A stretch of DNA of 48,041 nucleotides from Cellvibrio sp. (GTDB lineage Bacteria; Pseudomonadota; Gammaproteobacteria; Pseudomonadales; Cellvibrionaceae). The stretch is taken from contig DATIDX010000134.1 of the NCBI GenBank assembly GCA_035456025.1, positions 1 to 48,041 of the forward strand. The letters are read 5' to 3'. The translations under genes and the position numbers were made by a program. Within the stretch, counting starts at the first letter, position 1; each line of letters opens with the position of its first letter. The notes below the pieces were generated by a model. That model saw only the letters and a program-made list of their open reading frames with translations, made no database searches and was not told the DNA's origin. Below, one piece after another: positions 21,092-34,335 of this stretch.

Positions 21092-21240
21092 TTTTTCAGC
21101 CCCTTAATCAATTTTTTATTTAACCGGCTGGCTTTTTTTATAAGTCATCCAGCTTGCTCAAGCTGTACCCCTAACATGATGCCGCATGCTCAGAGATATA
21201 CTCATAAGACCCGTTGTAACTTATGAGTGTGACACTTTAG

Positions 21241-22053
21241 TTAGCGCCGAGGGAGAAACCTCAAAGGATCTACAGGAGTTCCATCGCGACGAATTTCAAA
21301 GTGAAGCTTTACTCTATCGGTACCACTCGAACCCATATCGGCAATTACTTGTCCGGCTTTAACAAAATCCCCTTCTTTTACTAACAACCTATCGTTATGG
21401 GCATAGGCACTCAGGAAAATTTCATTGTGCTTTACGATGAGTAATTTACCGTATCCACGCAGCCCACTCCCAGAGTAAACAACCTGTCCACCAGCAGCTG
21501 CCAGCACAGGCTCTCCCAATTTGCCGCCAAGATCAATACCCTTATTTAGGCCGTTATTGCCCTGAAATGATGAAAGAACCGCCCCCTTAACAGGCCAGCG
21601 CCATTGTGGTGCACCGCGAGAGGCGGAGGTTTTAATGGATTGAGCGGTTACTTTTGTTGCATTTTTTTTACGGCCGACATTATTTTCCCCAGTGGAAACA
21701 GGATCTTTTTTAACTGCAGACTTACCCGGATTTGTATCTGCAACCGTTAGAGCAGCCCCCCCATATCCGGGCATATCCAAACGAATCACTTGCGATGGGC
21801 GAATTAGATAAGGAGCGGAAATACCGTTATATTTTGCAAGCGCTTCGTACTTTAACCCGTACCGCCACGCGATGGAAAACAGAGTATCCCCGGGAACAAC
21901 GATATGAGTTTTGGGCGGATTCGCCAGCATTCTGGAACGGTCCGAAACGGGAGCAGGCGAATGAGATGAACATGAGCTAAGAAACAAAAAAACGATCAAT
22001 ATATTGAACAGTTTTCTCAATAAAGATTGGCAACTAAATAGCTCATGGGGCAT
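21241..22053 (-). CDS. nlpD: Lipoprotein NlpD (LysM + M23-like)
   Basis: Lipobox LSS-C, LysM (GDTLFSIAWRYG), degenerate M23 (NKGID, SAYAHN, LHFEIR). Exact start uncertain. Confidence 0.93.
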   Translation of the reverse strand: MPHELFSCQSLLRKLFNILIVFLFLSSCSSHSPAPVSDRSRMLANPPKTHIVVPGDTLFSIAWRYGLKYEALAKYNGISAPYLIRPSQVIRLDMPGYGGAALTVADTNPGKSAVKKDPVSTGENNVGRKKNATKVTAQSIKTSASRGAPQWRWPVKGAVLSSFQGNNGLNKGIDLGGKLGEPVLAAAGGQVVYSGSGLRGYGKLLIVKHNEIFLSAYAHNDRLLVKEGDFVKAGQVIADMGSSGTDRVKLHFEIRRDGTPVDPLRFLPRR

Positions 22054-22289
22054 GAAATTACGTGAGACCTATGATTGTTTTTTACACGCCTTTAGAAGAT
22101 TTTGAACTTAATATTCCAAATTTATTTTAAAATTATCTAATATTTTTATAAAAACATGCACAAAAAGGGGTTTAAAAAAAAGAAAATCAGTGGTGGGTCG
22201 CCAGATCTGCACTTTTTTAATCCACCATAGATAACACCCAAGTGTAAAAAATCCCCTCATTTACATAACTTTAGACTTTGGCTTAAGTA

Positions 22290-22964
22290 TTAGCGCGAAG
22301 TACCTGAAAGAAAAGGAACAAATTTCACAGGTTCCAGTATTTGCGTAATGAAGGTTTCCGATTCCCCATCACGAAGAATCAAATGAAGCTGCTGTTCACG
22401 CCCCCCAACAGGTATTACCAGTACACCACCGGGTGCGAGTTGCTTTAGCAGTTCATCAGGAACAGACTGGGGCGCTGCCGTGCTAAGGATTCCGTCGTAG
22501 GGGCCCGCCTCAGGCCAGCCGAACCCCCCATCTGCATGACGCAACTGGACATTGCGCAACCCCATCTTACGCAGACGCTCCCGAGCTTTATCCTGCAAGG
22601 GTTTGATACGCTCAACGCTATATACATTGGGAACTAGTTGCGCCAACACGCTGGTTTGATAACCGGAGCCGGTGCCCACCTCCAGCACCTTGCTGATTTT
22701 TCCTCCCGCAGCGCCCAATAATATCTCCGTCATACGCGCCACTATATAAGGCTGGGAAATGGTTTGACCATGACCAATTGGCAGTGCTGTGTCTTCGTAA
22801 GCCCGATGCGCAAGGGCTTCATCAAGGAATATATGTCTAGGGGTATTAAGCAATACATCCAGTACACGCATATTAGTGACACCCTGATCACGTAAACGCT
22901 GAATGAGACGCTCACGAGTGCGTAGCGAGGTCATACCTACACCTTGCATCAACAAGTTAGTCAT
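22290..22964 (-). CDS. pcm: Protein-L-isoaspartate O-methyltransferase
   Basis: [39 protein letters not shown]. Confidence 0.96.
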   Translation of the reverse strand: MTNLLMQGVGMTSLRTRERLIQRLRDQGVTNMRVLDVLLNTPRHIFLDEALAHRAYEDTALPIGHGQTISQPYIVARMTEILLGAAGGKISKVLEVGTGSGYQTSVLAQLVPNVYSVERIKPLQDKARERLRKMGLRNVQLRHADGGFGWPEAGPYDGILSTAAPQSVPDELLKQLAPGGVLVIPVGGREQQLHLILRDGESETFITQILEPVKFVPFLSGTSR

Positions 22965-23045
22965 ATTCAGATGTCCCCTATTTATTACGCATCATTGTTA
23001 CAAATTCAATCTTATCGCTTAGGCGAATTCACCGGGCAAGCAGAC

Positions 23046-23054
23046 ACTATAGCA
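23046..23054 (-). promoter_or_regulatory. Extended -10 promoter upstream of pcm
   Basis: Minus strand TGcTATAGT in the truD-pcm gap. Confidence 0.5.
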
Positions 23055-23073
23055 TAGCGACAACAAGGCTTTG

Positions 23074-24060
23074 CTACGCCAAATCGATAGGTGCTCTATC
23101 GGTTGGATTCGTTTGTAAATTAGCTATTTCACCCAGTATCGCCGTAGCAAATTCGCCTGCTTCCAATGAAAATTTCAGAACCAGATCATCATTAATCCAA
23201 GAATATTCGGCATTGCGCGGCAGCAATTGCAATACCCTTCGCTCTTGCGATAACCCTGCATGCTCTAATCCATCACACCAACCAGACCATTCGGTTAAAA
23301 CACTGTGTTCCATATCTAACAAATCACCGGTAACCAATGGCCTTCCCCTACCCCACAAAGGGCCAGATGCTTGAGAATTAATTTCGCCATCCAATAACGC
23401 GGTCCAGTTACCAGCTAGCACGCGCGCTGCAAGCACTTGGTTAAACAGATAGGAGCGTGCAGCCGACAACATAAGTCCGCGCTTTTGTTTGTCCCGATAA
23501 CGCTTCCCTCCGACCAGGATAGCTTCGGCCTCCTGCAAATTATTCCCACCCAAACCAAAACGCTGCTCACCAAAATAATTAGGTACGCCTTGGGCAAAAA
23601 CAGTTTCGATTTTTTTTTGTAACAGATCGCGATCTTCAGTTTGCACATCACGCAAGCGAATAACAAAACTATTTTGCCGATGCTCACCGCGACGTAATTT
23701 ATGCTGATGTCGCGAAATTGATAGCACCTGGATTGATGCAGAGTTCAATAACCTCCAATCGGGCTCTGGAGCCTTGGGGAGATAGACACTAAACCACTGC
23801 GCAGTTACAGCATGACGATCTTTGCGCCCGCAATATCCAATGTCAGACACTTCTACGCCGGCCAGATCTGCGATTTTTCCAGCAACCCAAGCTGTATTTT
23901 CACCCCGCTTACAAATATGTAAGAAAACATGCTCACCCGAACCCGAAGGGATATAACCTAAATCTTCATCCACTTGAAAATCTTCGGGTTGGGCGCGAAA
24001 AGTGGCAATTGCTGTTAATGCGCCATGGGCACGAGGGAAATTGAGTGAAAATTTTGTCAA
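23074..24060 (-). CDS. truD: tRNA pseudouridine(13) synthase
   Basis: PEDFQVDE, GRKDRHAVTAQWFS (catalytic Asp), GVPNYFGEQRFG, SAARSYLFN. Confidence 0.96.
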   Translation of the reverse strand: MTKFSLNFPRAHGALTAIATFRAQPEDFQVDEDLGYIPSGSGEHVFLHICKRGENTAWVAGKIADLAGVEVSDIGYCGRKDRHAVTAQWFSVYLPKAPEPDWRLLNSASIQVLSISRHQHKLRRGEHRQNSFVIRLRDVQTEDRDLLQKKIETVFAQGVPNYFGEQRFGLGGNNLQEAEAILVGGKRYRDKQKRGLMLSAARSYLFNQVLAARVLAGNWTALLDGEINSQASGPLWGRGRPLVTGDLLDMEHSVLTEWSGWCDGLEHAGLSQERRVLQLLPRNAEYSWINDDLVLKFSLEAGEFATAILGEIANLQTNPTDRAPIDLA

Positions 24061-24073
24061 AACATTGCCTGCT

Positions 24074-25054
24074 TTATGAAAATAATGAAAAGAAATTTAG
24101 AAACCGAGAGTCCAGCCACCACTCCAACTGAGCACTTAAGAAACCAACATGCCCACCAGAACGGGTAATCTCCAAGGTTAATACAGGATGCTGTTCTGCA
24201 ATTGCTCGCGGAATACAATCGGCATTCAGGAAGGGATCATTCTGCGCAACAACCAATAAACAAGGAACCGTGATTTTTTCGAGCAATGGCTTGGCACTTG
24301 CCGCGGCATGGAGCGCTGCCGCATCGGCGAAGCCATTTAAGGGGGCAGAATAAATATCGTCATAAGAATAAAAACTATTAACTTCTCCGTAACGCGATAA
24401 ATCAATCTTTCCTGAATAGGTACGGGCTTTGCGTTTTAATCGCCACTTCATACTGGTGACAAAATACAGCCGATAGAAAAAGTTGCGCCACCTATCCAAC
24501 GTAACAACACATGCGCTTAAATCAATGGGTACCGATGCAGCACAAACCGATTTTATTCCCCGCAAAGAAGCTTTATCTGCTTGCTCACCCAGCCATTTAA
24601 GTACGATATTTCCGCCTAAAGAATAAGCTGCCAAATAAATATCTGTATATCCATTATGTTCAGCCCAAGTAATTACTGCATCAAAATCCTGGGTCGAGCC
24701 TGCAAAATATAATTTTTCCGTTATATTTTCCGGCTTACCACAGCCGCGCAAATTCCACGCCAGCACATCAACAGGGCTACCACTTATCCCGGCACCAAGT
24801 GCCGCTTTGGCCATTCCCTGGACATAATTTTGCCGGTTACTTCCCTCCAGTCCGTGACTAATGATCAATAATTTTTTTTGTGGATGAGGGGCAGAAAAAT
24901 ACATGTCAGCGCTGAGTTCATCGCCGTCACTCGTATATATAGTTATGGGTTTTGCAGCGAGACTGATTCGTCGCAACAACACTGGCAATTGTGTTTGAAG
25001 ATCCTTGTTAAACATCCACCAAGGTGAGCGAAATTCTGAATAAATTAACGGCAT
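24074..25054 (-). CDS. YheT-like alpha/beta hydrolase
   Basis: HGLEGS, nucleophile elbow AYSLGG, DPF Asp, GGHVGF His. Confidence 0.88.
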   Translation of the reverse strand: MPLIYSEFRSPWWMFNKDLQTQLPVLLRRISLAAKPITIYTSDGDELSADMYFSAPHPQKKLLIISHGLEGSNRQNYVQGMAKAALGAGISGSPVDVLAWNLRGCGKPENITEKLYFAGSTQDFDAVITWAEHNGYTDIYLAAYSLGGNIVLKWLGEQADKASLRGIKSVCAASVPIDLSACVVTLDRWRNFFYRLYFVTSMKWRLKRKARTYSGKIDLSRYGEVNSFYSYDDIYSAPLNGFADAAALHAAASAKPLLEKITVPCLLVVAQNDPFLNADCIPRAIAEQHPVLTLEITRSGGHVGFLSAQLEWWLDSRFLNFFSLFS

Positions 25055-25078
25055 TAAACATCCCTATTTGAAAAATAA

Positions 25079-25558
25079 TTATGAGTTTTCCAATAACACC
25101 ACCGCATAACAGGCAATCCCCTCCTCCCGCCCGGCAAATCCTAAACGCTCAGTTGTTGTGGCTTTTACATTGATCTGATCTATTTCCGCATGAAGATCAG
25201 CAGCAATAGCTTCAACCATTCGCGGAATGTAGTTTGCCATTCGCGGGGCCTGCGCCACTATCGTCATATCTGCATTGACGATTTTCCATCCTTTTTGCCC
25301 CACCTTGGCATAAACCATTCGCAAAAGTGAGCGGCTATCAGCATTTCGGTATTGCATATCAGTATCAGGAAAATGTTTCCCTATGTCTCCCAGCGCAACA
25401 GCTCCCAATAACGCATCACATAACGCGTGTAACAGCACATCACCATCTGAGTGAGCCACCAAACCATGATGATGGGGGATAACCACACCACCAATAACAA
25501 TTTTATCACCGGGGCCAAAAGCATGAACATCATAACCATGGCCAATACGCATAGACAT
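25079..25558 (-). CDS. ispF: 2-C-methyl-D-erythritol 2,4-cyclodiphosphate synthase
   Basis: [36 protein letters not shown]. Confidence 0.97.
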   Translation of the reverse strand: MSMRIGHGYDVHAFGPGDKIVIGGVVIPHHHGLVAHSDGDVLLHALCDALLGAVALGDIGKHFPDTDMQYRNADSRSLLRMVYAKVGQKGWKIVNADMTIVAQAPRMANYIPRMVEAIAADLHAEIDQINVKATTTERLGFAGREEGIACYAVVLLENS

Positions 25559-25594
25559 ATTTTGCTTCCAAACTTTCTTAAAAAATAAAAAGGC

Positions 25595-26308
25595 TTAGGT
25601 TTGCTGCTGTATGAGCATAGCAGCAATTGCCAAATCTTCCGGGCGGGTAATTTTTATATTATCGCTACGACCCTGAACCATTAACGGCTTATAGCCGTAG
25701 CACTCTAGTGCCGATGACTCATCAGTTATCTCCCTCCCATCAGCTAATGCAGACCGCAGGCAATCTCGCAATAGCCCAAGGCGAAACATTTGCGGTGTTT
25801 GCGCCTGCCATAACATACGACGATCCGAAGTCGATTGAATTATCGAATCGGCAACCTGCTTCAAAGTATCACTGACGGGAACACCCAAAATGCCACCCAC
25901 CGGATGATCTTTAACCTGATCAATCAAATATAAAATACTAGCGGGATGAATACAGGGACGCGCAGCATCATGCACCAATACCCAATCATCCGGAGCGGCG
26001 ACATTTTTCAGATATTCAAGTGCATTCAACACCGAATCAGCACGCTCACTACCGCCCGATATGCGTTGGATGCGCTTATCTCGAGCAATCGACAGCGCAT
26101 CCCAATAGGTATCATCGTCACCTAAGGCTAGATAAATGCCAGCAATATCAGGCAAGGAAAGTAAACGTTCGAGCGTATTTTCAATTACTGTTTTGCCAGC
26201 TAGGGGCAAATACTGTTTGGGCAAATTGCTTTTCATTCGCGCGCCTACACCAGCAGCGGGAACAATAACCCAGCAGACGGGAACATGGGATAAATTAGAA
26301 GCAATCAT
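25595..26308 (-). CDS. ispD: 2-C-methyl-D-erythritol 4-phosphate cytidylyltransferase
   Basis: PAAGVGARM, PKQY, VLVHDAARP, AQTPQMF, NIKITRPEDL. Confidence 0.97.
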   Translation of the reverse strand: MIASNLSHVPVCWVIVPAAGVGARMKSNLPKQYLPLAGKTVIENTLERLLSLPDIAGIYLALGDDDTYWDALSIARDKRIQRISGGSERADSVLNALEYLKNVAAPDDWVLVHDAARPCIHPASILYLIDQVKDHPVGGILGVPVSDTLKQVADSIIQSTSDRRMLWQAQTPQMFRLGLLRDCLRSALADGREITDESSALECYGYKPLMVQGRSDNIKITRPEDLAIAAMLIQQQT

Positions 26309-26354
26309 GAGGATATTTCGACACTGAATAATTAGCGGAATAGCTTTTCAATAA

Positions 26355-26633
26355 TTATTGTTCTTCATCCAAAATCATAAAAAACGTTTCATCTTTTTTG
26401 ATCAAGCCAATGTCATTACGTGCGCGCTCTTCAATAGTATCGAGCCCCGACTTTAACTCTTCGACTTCAACGTCCAGGATGCGATTTCGCTCTCGCATGC
26501 GATCATTTTCAGCTTGTTGGATTTTAATATCCGCTTCCAGACGATGTGCCTGAGCTAAACTACCATCACCGACCCACAACCGGTATTGCAGAGCGGCAAG
26601 CAATATTATCAGTACACCCAGAAGCCATTTCAT
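26355..26633 (-). CDS. ftsB: Cell division protein FtsB
   Basis: TM + LQYRLWVGDG, coiled coil, IEERARNDIGLIKKDETF; between eno and ispD. Confidence 0.95.
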   Translation of the reverse strand: MKWLLGVLIILLAALQYRLWVGDGSLAQAHRLEADIKIQQAENDRMRERNRILDVEVEELKSGLDTIEERARNDIGLIKKDETFFMILDEEQ

Positions 26634-26678
26634 AGTATTCGTGCGATCTTTTTTCGTTGATTGCAATTTTATTATCAT

Positions 26679-26710
26679 AAAACAAAGGCCGAATGCTCGG
26701 CCTTTGTTTT
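26679..26710 (-). terminator. Intrinsic terminator/hairpin after eno
   Basis: AAAACAAAGGCCGA-ATGC-TCGGCCTTTGTTTT perfect inverted repeat. Confidence 0.8.
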
Positions 26711-26718
26711 TCACTCAA

Positions 26719-28044
<1,326 letters not shown>

Positions 28045-28066
28045 TTACAAAATAAGTAGTATCTAA

Positions 28067-28945
<879 letters not shown>

Positions 28946-28959
28946 TCAATAAATTACGT

Positions 28960-28983
28960 AAAAAAGGCGCAATCACTTGCGCC
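28960..28983 (-). terminator. Intrinsic terminator after pyrG
   Basis: GGCGCAA/TTGCGCC stem followed by T6 on the minus strand. Confidence 0.7.
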
Positions 28984-28989
28984 CTTTAA

Positions 28990-30660
<1,671 letters not shown>

Positions 30661-30712
30661 TTAAGCAGCCCTCTTTGCGAGCTGGGGGATTTATCGTTCA
30701 GGACGGGGCGCC

Positions 30713-30741
30713 AGAGTAACAGAAAGGCCTTTTCGGCTCAA
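30713..30741 (-). promoter_or_regulatory. Sigma-70 promoter of pyrG
   Basis: Minus strand TTGAGC-N17-TACTCT followed by GC-rich discriminator GGCGCCCC. Confidence 0.55.
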
Positions 30742-30834
30742 TGAAAAGCTCGCTATAGAGTCGGGGCAGCTGACAACGGCAGGTGATGGAATACATAAAA
30801 AGGCGGTAACGAGGCGACAAAAACTCCTACATTT

Positions 30835-31305
30835 TCACAAATCTTCAACAACTACCGAGTCAAACGCGGCCTTGATATGGCGACTAGAAAAACCGCGCGA
30901 CTGCAAAAAACGTATCTGTTTTGCTCGTCCGCGTTGATCTATGGGCGCCACTCCGTGAAACTTTTTTCGTTTGGCCTCACGAGCCAGGACCAACCAGAGT
31001 GCATCTGAATCATCGACAAATCGAGCAATTAGTTCTGGCGATATACCTTTTTCGCGCAATTCCAACTTGATGAGAAGTGGCCCCTTGCCTTGTCGCTGCC
31101 GCATCGACACGAACGCCTGTGCAAATCGCTCATCAGATTGCAGATGCAGCTCAATCAATCCGGTTATCGCAGCTTCGATCAAATCAGGACTGGCAAATTT
31201 TTGCTCCAGCTTACTTTTTAACTCCTTGGCGGAGTGCTCACGCAACGCCAGAAAACGCATAGCACTGAAACGAACATCAGATAGTGAGGGCAACTCCTGC
31301 GACAT
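30835..31305 (-). CDS. recX: Regulatory protein RecX
   Basis: LALREHSAKELKSKL, QSDERFA, GKGPLLIKLELREKGI, RFLQSRGF. Confidence 0.95.
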   Translation of the reverse strand: MSQELPSLSDVRFSAMRFLALREHSAKELKSKLEQKFASPDLIEAAITGLIELHLQSDERFAQAFVSMRQRQGKGPLLIKLELREKGISPELIARFVDDSDALWLVLAREAKRKKFHGVAPIDQRGRAKQIRFLQSRGFSSRHIKAAFDSVVVEDL

Positions 31306-31324
31306 AAGAATCTATACCTCCATT

Positions 31325-31351
31325 AAAAAAATGGCCGCAATGCGGCCATTT
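31325..31351 (-). terminator. Intrinsic terminator between the lipoprotein gene and recX
   Basis: AAATGGCCGCA/TGCGGCCATTT inverted repeat with T tract on the minus strand. Confidence 0.7.
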
Positions 31352-31366
31352 GACAATTATTGAAAC

Positions 31367-31957
31367 CTAATTGACCGGCGGGAAGTGGGCCAAAACTTCT
31401 GTCACCGCAGCACTAAGCACCTCCCGCTGCTGCTGGGGAGCCATGCTACGCCCCAAACGCTTTTCTGATACACCACGCCATATAGGCTTACCAGTTTTAG
31501 CATCAACGATATCGATAATCAGGCTACCCTGGTTATACACGCGCACACCTGTTCCATACCCATAATAAGGCCAAGGGCGATAATAACCACGGCCGTAATA
31601 GCCATAACCATAACCGTACCCATAAAGAGCATCATAACTATGAGGATCGATTTTCTCCTCAATTACCACATGATAACTCACAGTAAAATCTGGCTTGGCA
31701 CCAGCTTCGACCCCCTGATAACGTTTTGCTAACTCACCACTAAGTGCAGAATGTATATGACTTAAGGTAAACGGCGAAACAAGAATACTCTCCTGGGTAT
31801 TTTGTTTTGTCTCCGCAACCTCAAAGACTTTCAATGACGAAAAATCAAAATCCGCCTGATGATCCGTTTCCACGTTAGGCTGGGAACTACAACCAGCGAG
31901 CAACAATATGCTCATTGCCGTTATCAATATGCCCATCCGCTTCATGATTAACCTCAT
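31367..31957 (-). CDS. DUF4136-like lipoprotein
   Basis: Lipobox LAG-C, DFSSLK, Tyr/Gly-rich loop, YNQGSLIIDIVDAKTGKPIWRG, terminal FPP. Start may be a few codons later. Confidence 0.85.
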   Translation of the reverse strand: MRLIMKRMGILITAMSILLLAGCSSQPNVETDHQADFDFSSLKVFEVAETKQNTQESILVSPFTLSHIHSALSGELAKRYQGVEAGAKPDFTVSYHVVIEEKIDPHSYDALYGYGYGYGYYGRGYYRPWPYYGYGTGVRVYNQGSLIIDIVDAKTGKPIWRGVSEKRLGRSMAPQQQREVLSAAVTEVLAHFPPVN

Positions 31958-32102
31958 CTTTAATATTACTCACGTACCAAATACTGATTTAATGAAATGC
32001 AAAAACCACAAATCATGTGCGCAATATTTAGCCACCCACGACAATGCATGACACCAGCATAGTGAGCGACATCAGGGGAAGCAAGCTATAAGGCCCCAAA
32101 AT

Positions 32103-32134
32103 AAAACCCCCGCACCATGATGGAAAACGGGGGG
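32103..32134 (-). terminator. Probable terminator after recA
   Basis: CCCCCG...CGGGGG stem with TTTTATTTT tract on the minus strand; long loop. Confidence 0.55.
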
Positions 32135-32150
32135 TGTATCTAACAGCGGA

Positions 32151-33194
32151 TTACATTTCCACATCATCGGTTATTTCACCACCACCTGGACTTAATGAGA
32201 GTGCCGGGGTAGCCAGGAGTTCCGCCCTCACTTTTTGCTCAAGTTCTTTAGCAATAACCGGGTTCTCTTGCAGGTATTTCATTACATTGTTTTTCCCTTG
32301 GCCTATCTTGTTACCTTGGTAGCTGTACCAGGCACCAGCTTTGTCGATTAGCCCTAATTTCACACCATAATCAACAATTTCGCCCATGCGATTAATTCCA
32401 GAACCATAGAGAATTTGGAATTCCGCCTGCTTAAATGGTGGAGCCACTTTGTTTTTGACAACCTTCACGCGGGTTTCAGAACCAATAACTTCTTCACCCT
32501 CTTTAACTGCCCCAATTCGGCGGATATCAAGACGAACCGAAGCATAAAACTTCAATGCATTGCCGCCGGTGGTGGTTTCGGGGTTACCAAACATAACGCC
32601 AATTTTCATGCGAATCTGGTTAATAAAAATTACCAAACAATTGGCATTTTTGATGTTACCTGTAATTTTACGCAGCGCTTGGGACATCAACCGTGCTTGC
32701 AATCCAACGTGGTGATCTCCCATTTCACCTTCGATTTCAGCTCGCGGAGTCAAAGCAGCAACCGAGTCGACTACCAATACATCAACCGCCCCCGAACGCA
32801 CCAGCATATCGGTCACTTCCAGCGCCTGCTCACCTGTATCAGGCTGGGATACAATCAGATCCTCAACATTTACACCCAGTTTAGTGGCATAAATGGGGTC
32901 AAGCGCATGCTCGGCATCGATAAAGGCGCAGGTACCGCCTGCGCGCTGGGCTTCAGCGATAACCTGTAAGGTAAGGGTGGTTTTACCAGAGGATTCCGGG
33001 CCGTAAATTTCAATAATACGGCCTTTCGGCAGACCACCAATCCCTAGTGCCACATCCAAACCAAGAGAACCAGTGGAAATAGCGGGCATCGCGATTTGCT
33101 CTTTGTCCCCCATCCGCATCACTGTGCCTTTACCAAACTGACGCTCAATTTGGCTTAATGCGGCCTGTAACGCCTTCTCTTTATTCGTATCCAT
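32151..33194 (-). CDS. recA: Recombinase A
   Basis: [42 protein letters not shown]. Start MDTNK. Confidence 0.99.
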   Translation of the reverse strand: MDTNKEKALQAALSQIERQFGKGTVMRMGDKEQIAMPAISTGSLGLDVALGIGGLPKGRIIEIYGPESSGKTTLTLQVIAEAQRAGGTCAFIDAEHALDPIYATKLGVNVEDLIVSQPDTGEQALEVTDMLVRSGAVDVLVVDSVAALTPRAEIEGEMGDHHVGLQARLMSQALRKITGNIKNANCLVIFINQIRMKIGVMFGNPETTTGGNALKFYASVRLDIRRIGAVKEGEEVIGSETRVKVVKNKVAPPFKQAEFQILYGSGINRMGEIVDYGVKLGLIDKAGAWYSYQGNKIGQGKNNVMKYLQENPVIAKELEQKVRAELLATPALSLSPGGGEITDDVEM

Positions 33195-33307
33195 TTGACA
33201 CCTCAACATAAAATAATGAAACGGTTGTTATGAAATCTATTTGGTATATCAATTTTGTTATGTAGCAGGATCTACCCCCGCCAATGGATATAGCATACAT
33301 CAAAAAC

Positions 33308-33341
33308 CTGTATGCGCAAACAGTACTAGCAATTTATACAG
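33308..33341. promoter_or_regulatory. Tandem LexA (SOS) boxes
   Basis: CTGT-ATGCGCAA-ACAG (33308-33323, perfect) and CTAG-CAATTTAT-ACAG (33326-33341, one degenerate half-site) upstream of recA. Confidence 0.85.
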
Positions 33342-33395
33342 TATTTTTATCCCCCGGGAAAAACCCGGTTTCATCCATCATGTAAAGCGCTTATT

Positions 33396-34334
33396 ATGAG
33401 CCCCCCTCAACGTCAACACAGCCACTTCATGGATCGCATGAATCAACATAGCCAATATCAAGCAATCATGTTTGCGGATGTCTCCGGCAGTTCAGCGCTA
33501 TATAAACGGGTGGGCAATGAAGAAGCCAAAGCGATTATTGATGAAACCGTGCACTTTATGACGGCACTGACGATTGTTAATGAAGGCACGCTGGTAAAAA
33601 CCATTGGCGATGAAATCATGGCGCGCTTTAGCTTGGTTAGCCAAGCCTGTGAGGCCGCAATCGCCATACAACAACGCAGCATTAAAGAACCCCGCCTTAA
33701 AGATTTAGGGATTCGCATTGGTATCGCCTATGGCGAAGTATTGATCACACCCAGTGACGTTTTTGGCGACAGGGTTAATGACGCAGCCTGCGTCGCACAT
33801 ATAGCACGCGCCAACCAGATTGTGATCACTCAATCCGTGGTAGATGTATTGGAAAGCGCCCTACGCCGCGATTGCCAAATGTTTGACCGGATCAACATTA
33901 AGGGTGAAACAGAAAAAACATTGATTTACCGTTTGGAGTGGGAACACTCCGGCAAAGACAATCGAGCCACTATGGTGATGCCTATCCATGACGTCACCCG
34001 CTTCGTCGATAAGTTTCAACTCCAACTGGTGGTAAACGGCTGTACTGTTTCACTACTCCCAGAGCAAACTCCTTTCCAGATTGGACGCGATCCGCACAAG
34101 GCACAATTGCTGATTGAAACCGAATTAGCCTCGCGGGAACACTGCCACATTGAATTTCGTCGCGGAAAATATGTACTGGTTGATCACTCGACCAACGGCA
34201 CCTACGTGTATACCGACGAGCAGCCGCCTATTTATTTGCGTCGTGAAGAATTACCCCTGAAGGGAAAAGGTTTTATTGGCCTTGGTCAAACCGTCACCGC
34301 CGCAGCGCCTTGGGCGCTACATTTTAAAACGTAA
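33396..34334 (+). CDS. Class III nucleotide cyclase domain fused to a C-terminal FHA domain
   Basis: MFADVSGS, VKTIGDEIMA, IRIGI, DVFGDRVNDAAC; FHA motifs IGR, SREH, STNGTYV. Start may be ATG 33429 or 33438. Confidence 0.9.
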   Translation: MSPPQRQHSHFMDRMNQHSQYQAIMFADVSGSSALYKRVGNEEAKAIIDETVHFMTALTIVNEGTLVKTIGDEIMARFSLVSQACEAAIAIQQRSIKEPRLKDLGIRIGIAYGEVLITPSDVFGDRVNDAACVAHIARANQIVITQSVVDVLESALRRDCQMFDRINIKGETEKTLIYRLEWEHSGKDNRATMVMPIHDVTRFVDKFQLQLVVNGCTVSLLPEQTPFQIGRDPHKAQLLIETELASREHCHIEFRRGKYVLVDHSTNGTYVYTDEQPPIYLRREELPLKGKGFIGLGQTVTAAAPWALHFKT

Positions 34335-34335
34335 G

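Noticed and set aside
22054-22289. AT-rich stretch between pcm and nlpD as a possible foreign insert
   Set aside because: Short, with no ORF, repeats or mobility signature; consistent with a promoter region.
31554-31625. Short tandem CCATAA/CCGTA repeats
   Set aside because: Simply encode the Tyr-Gly-rich loop of the lipoprotein; not a CRISPR array or contingency repeat.
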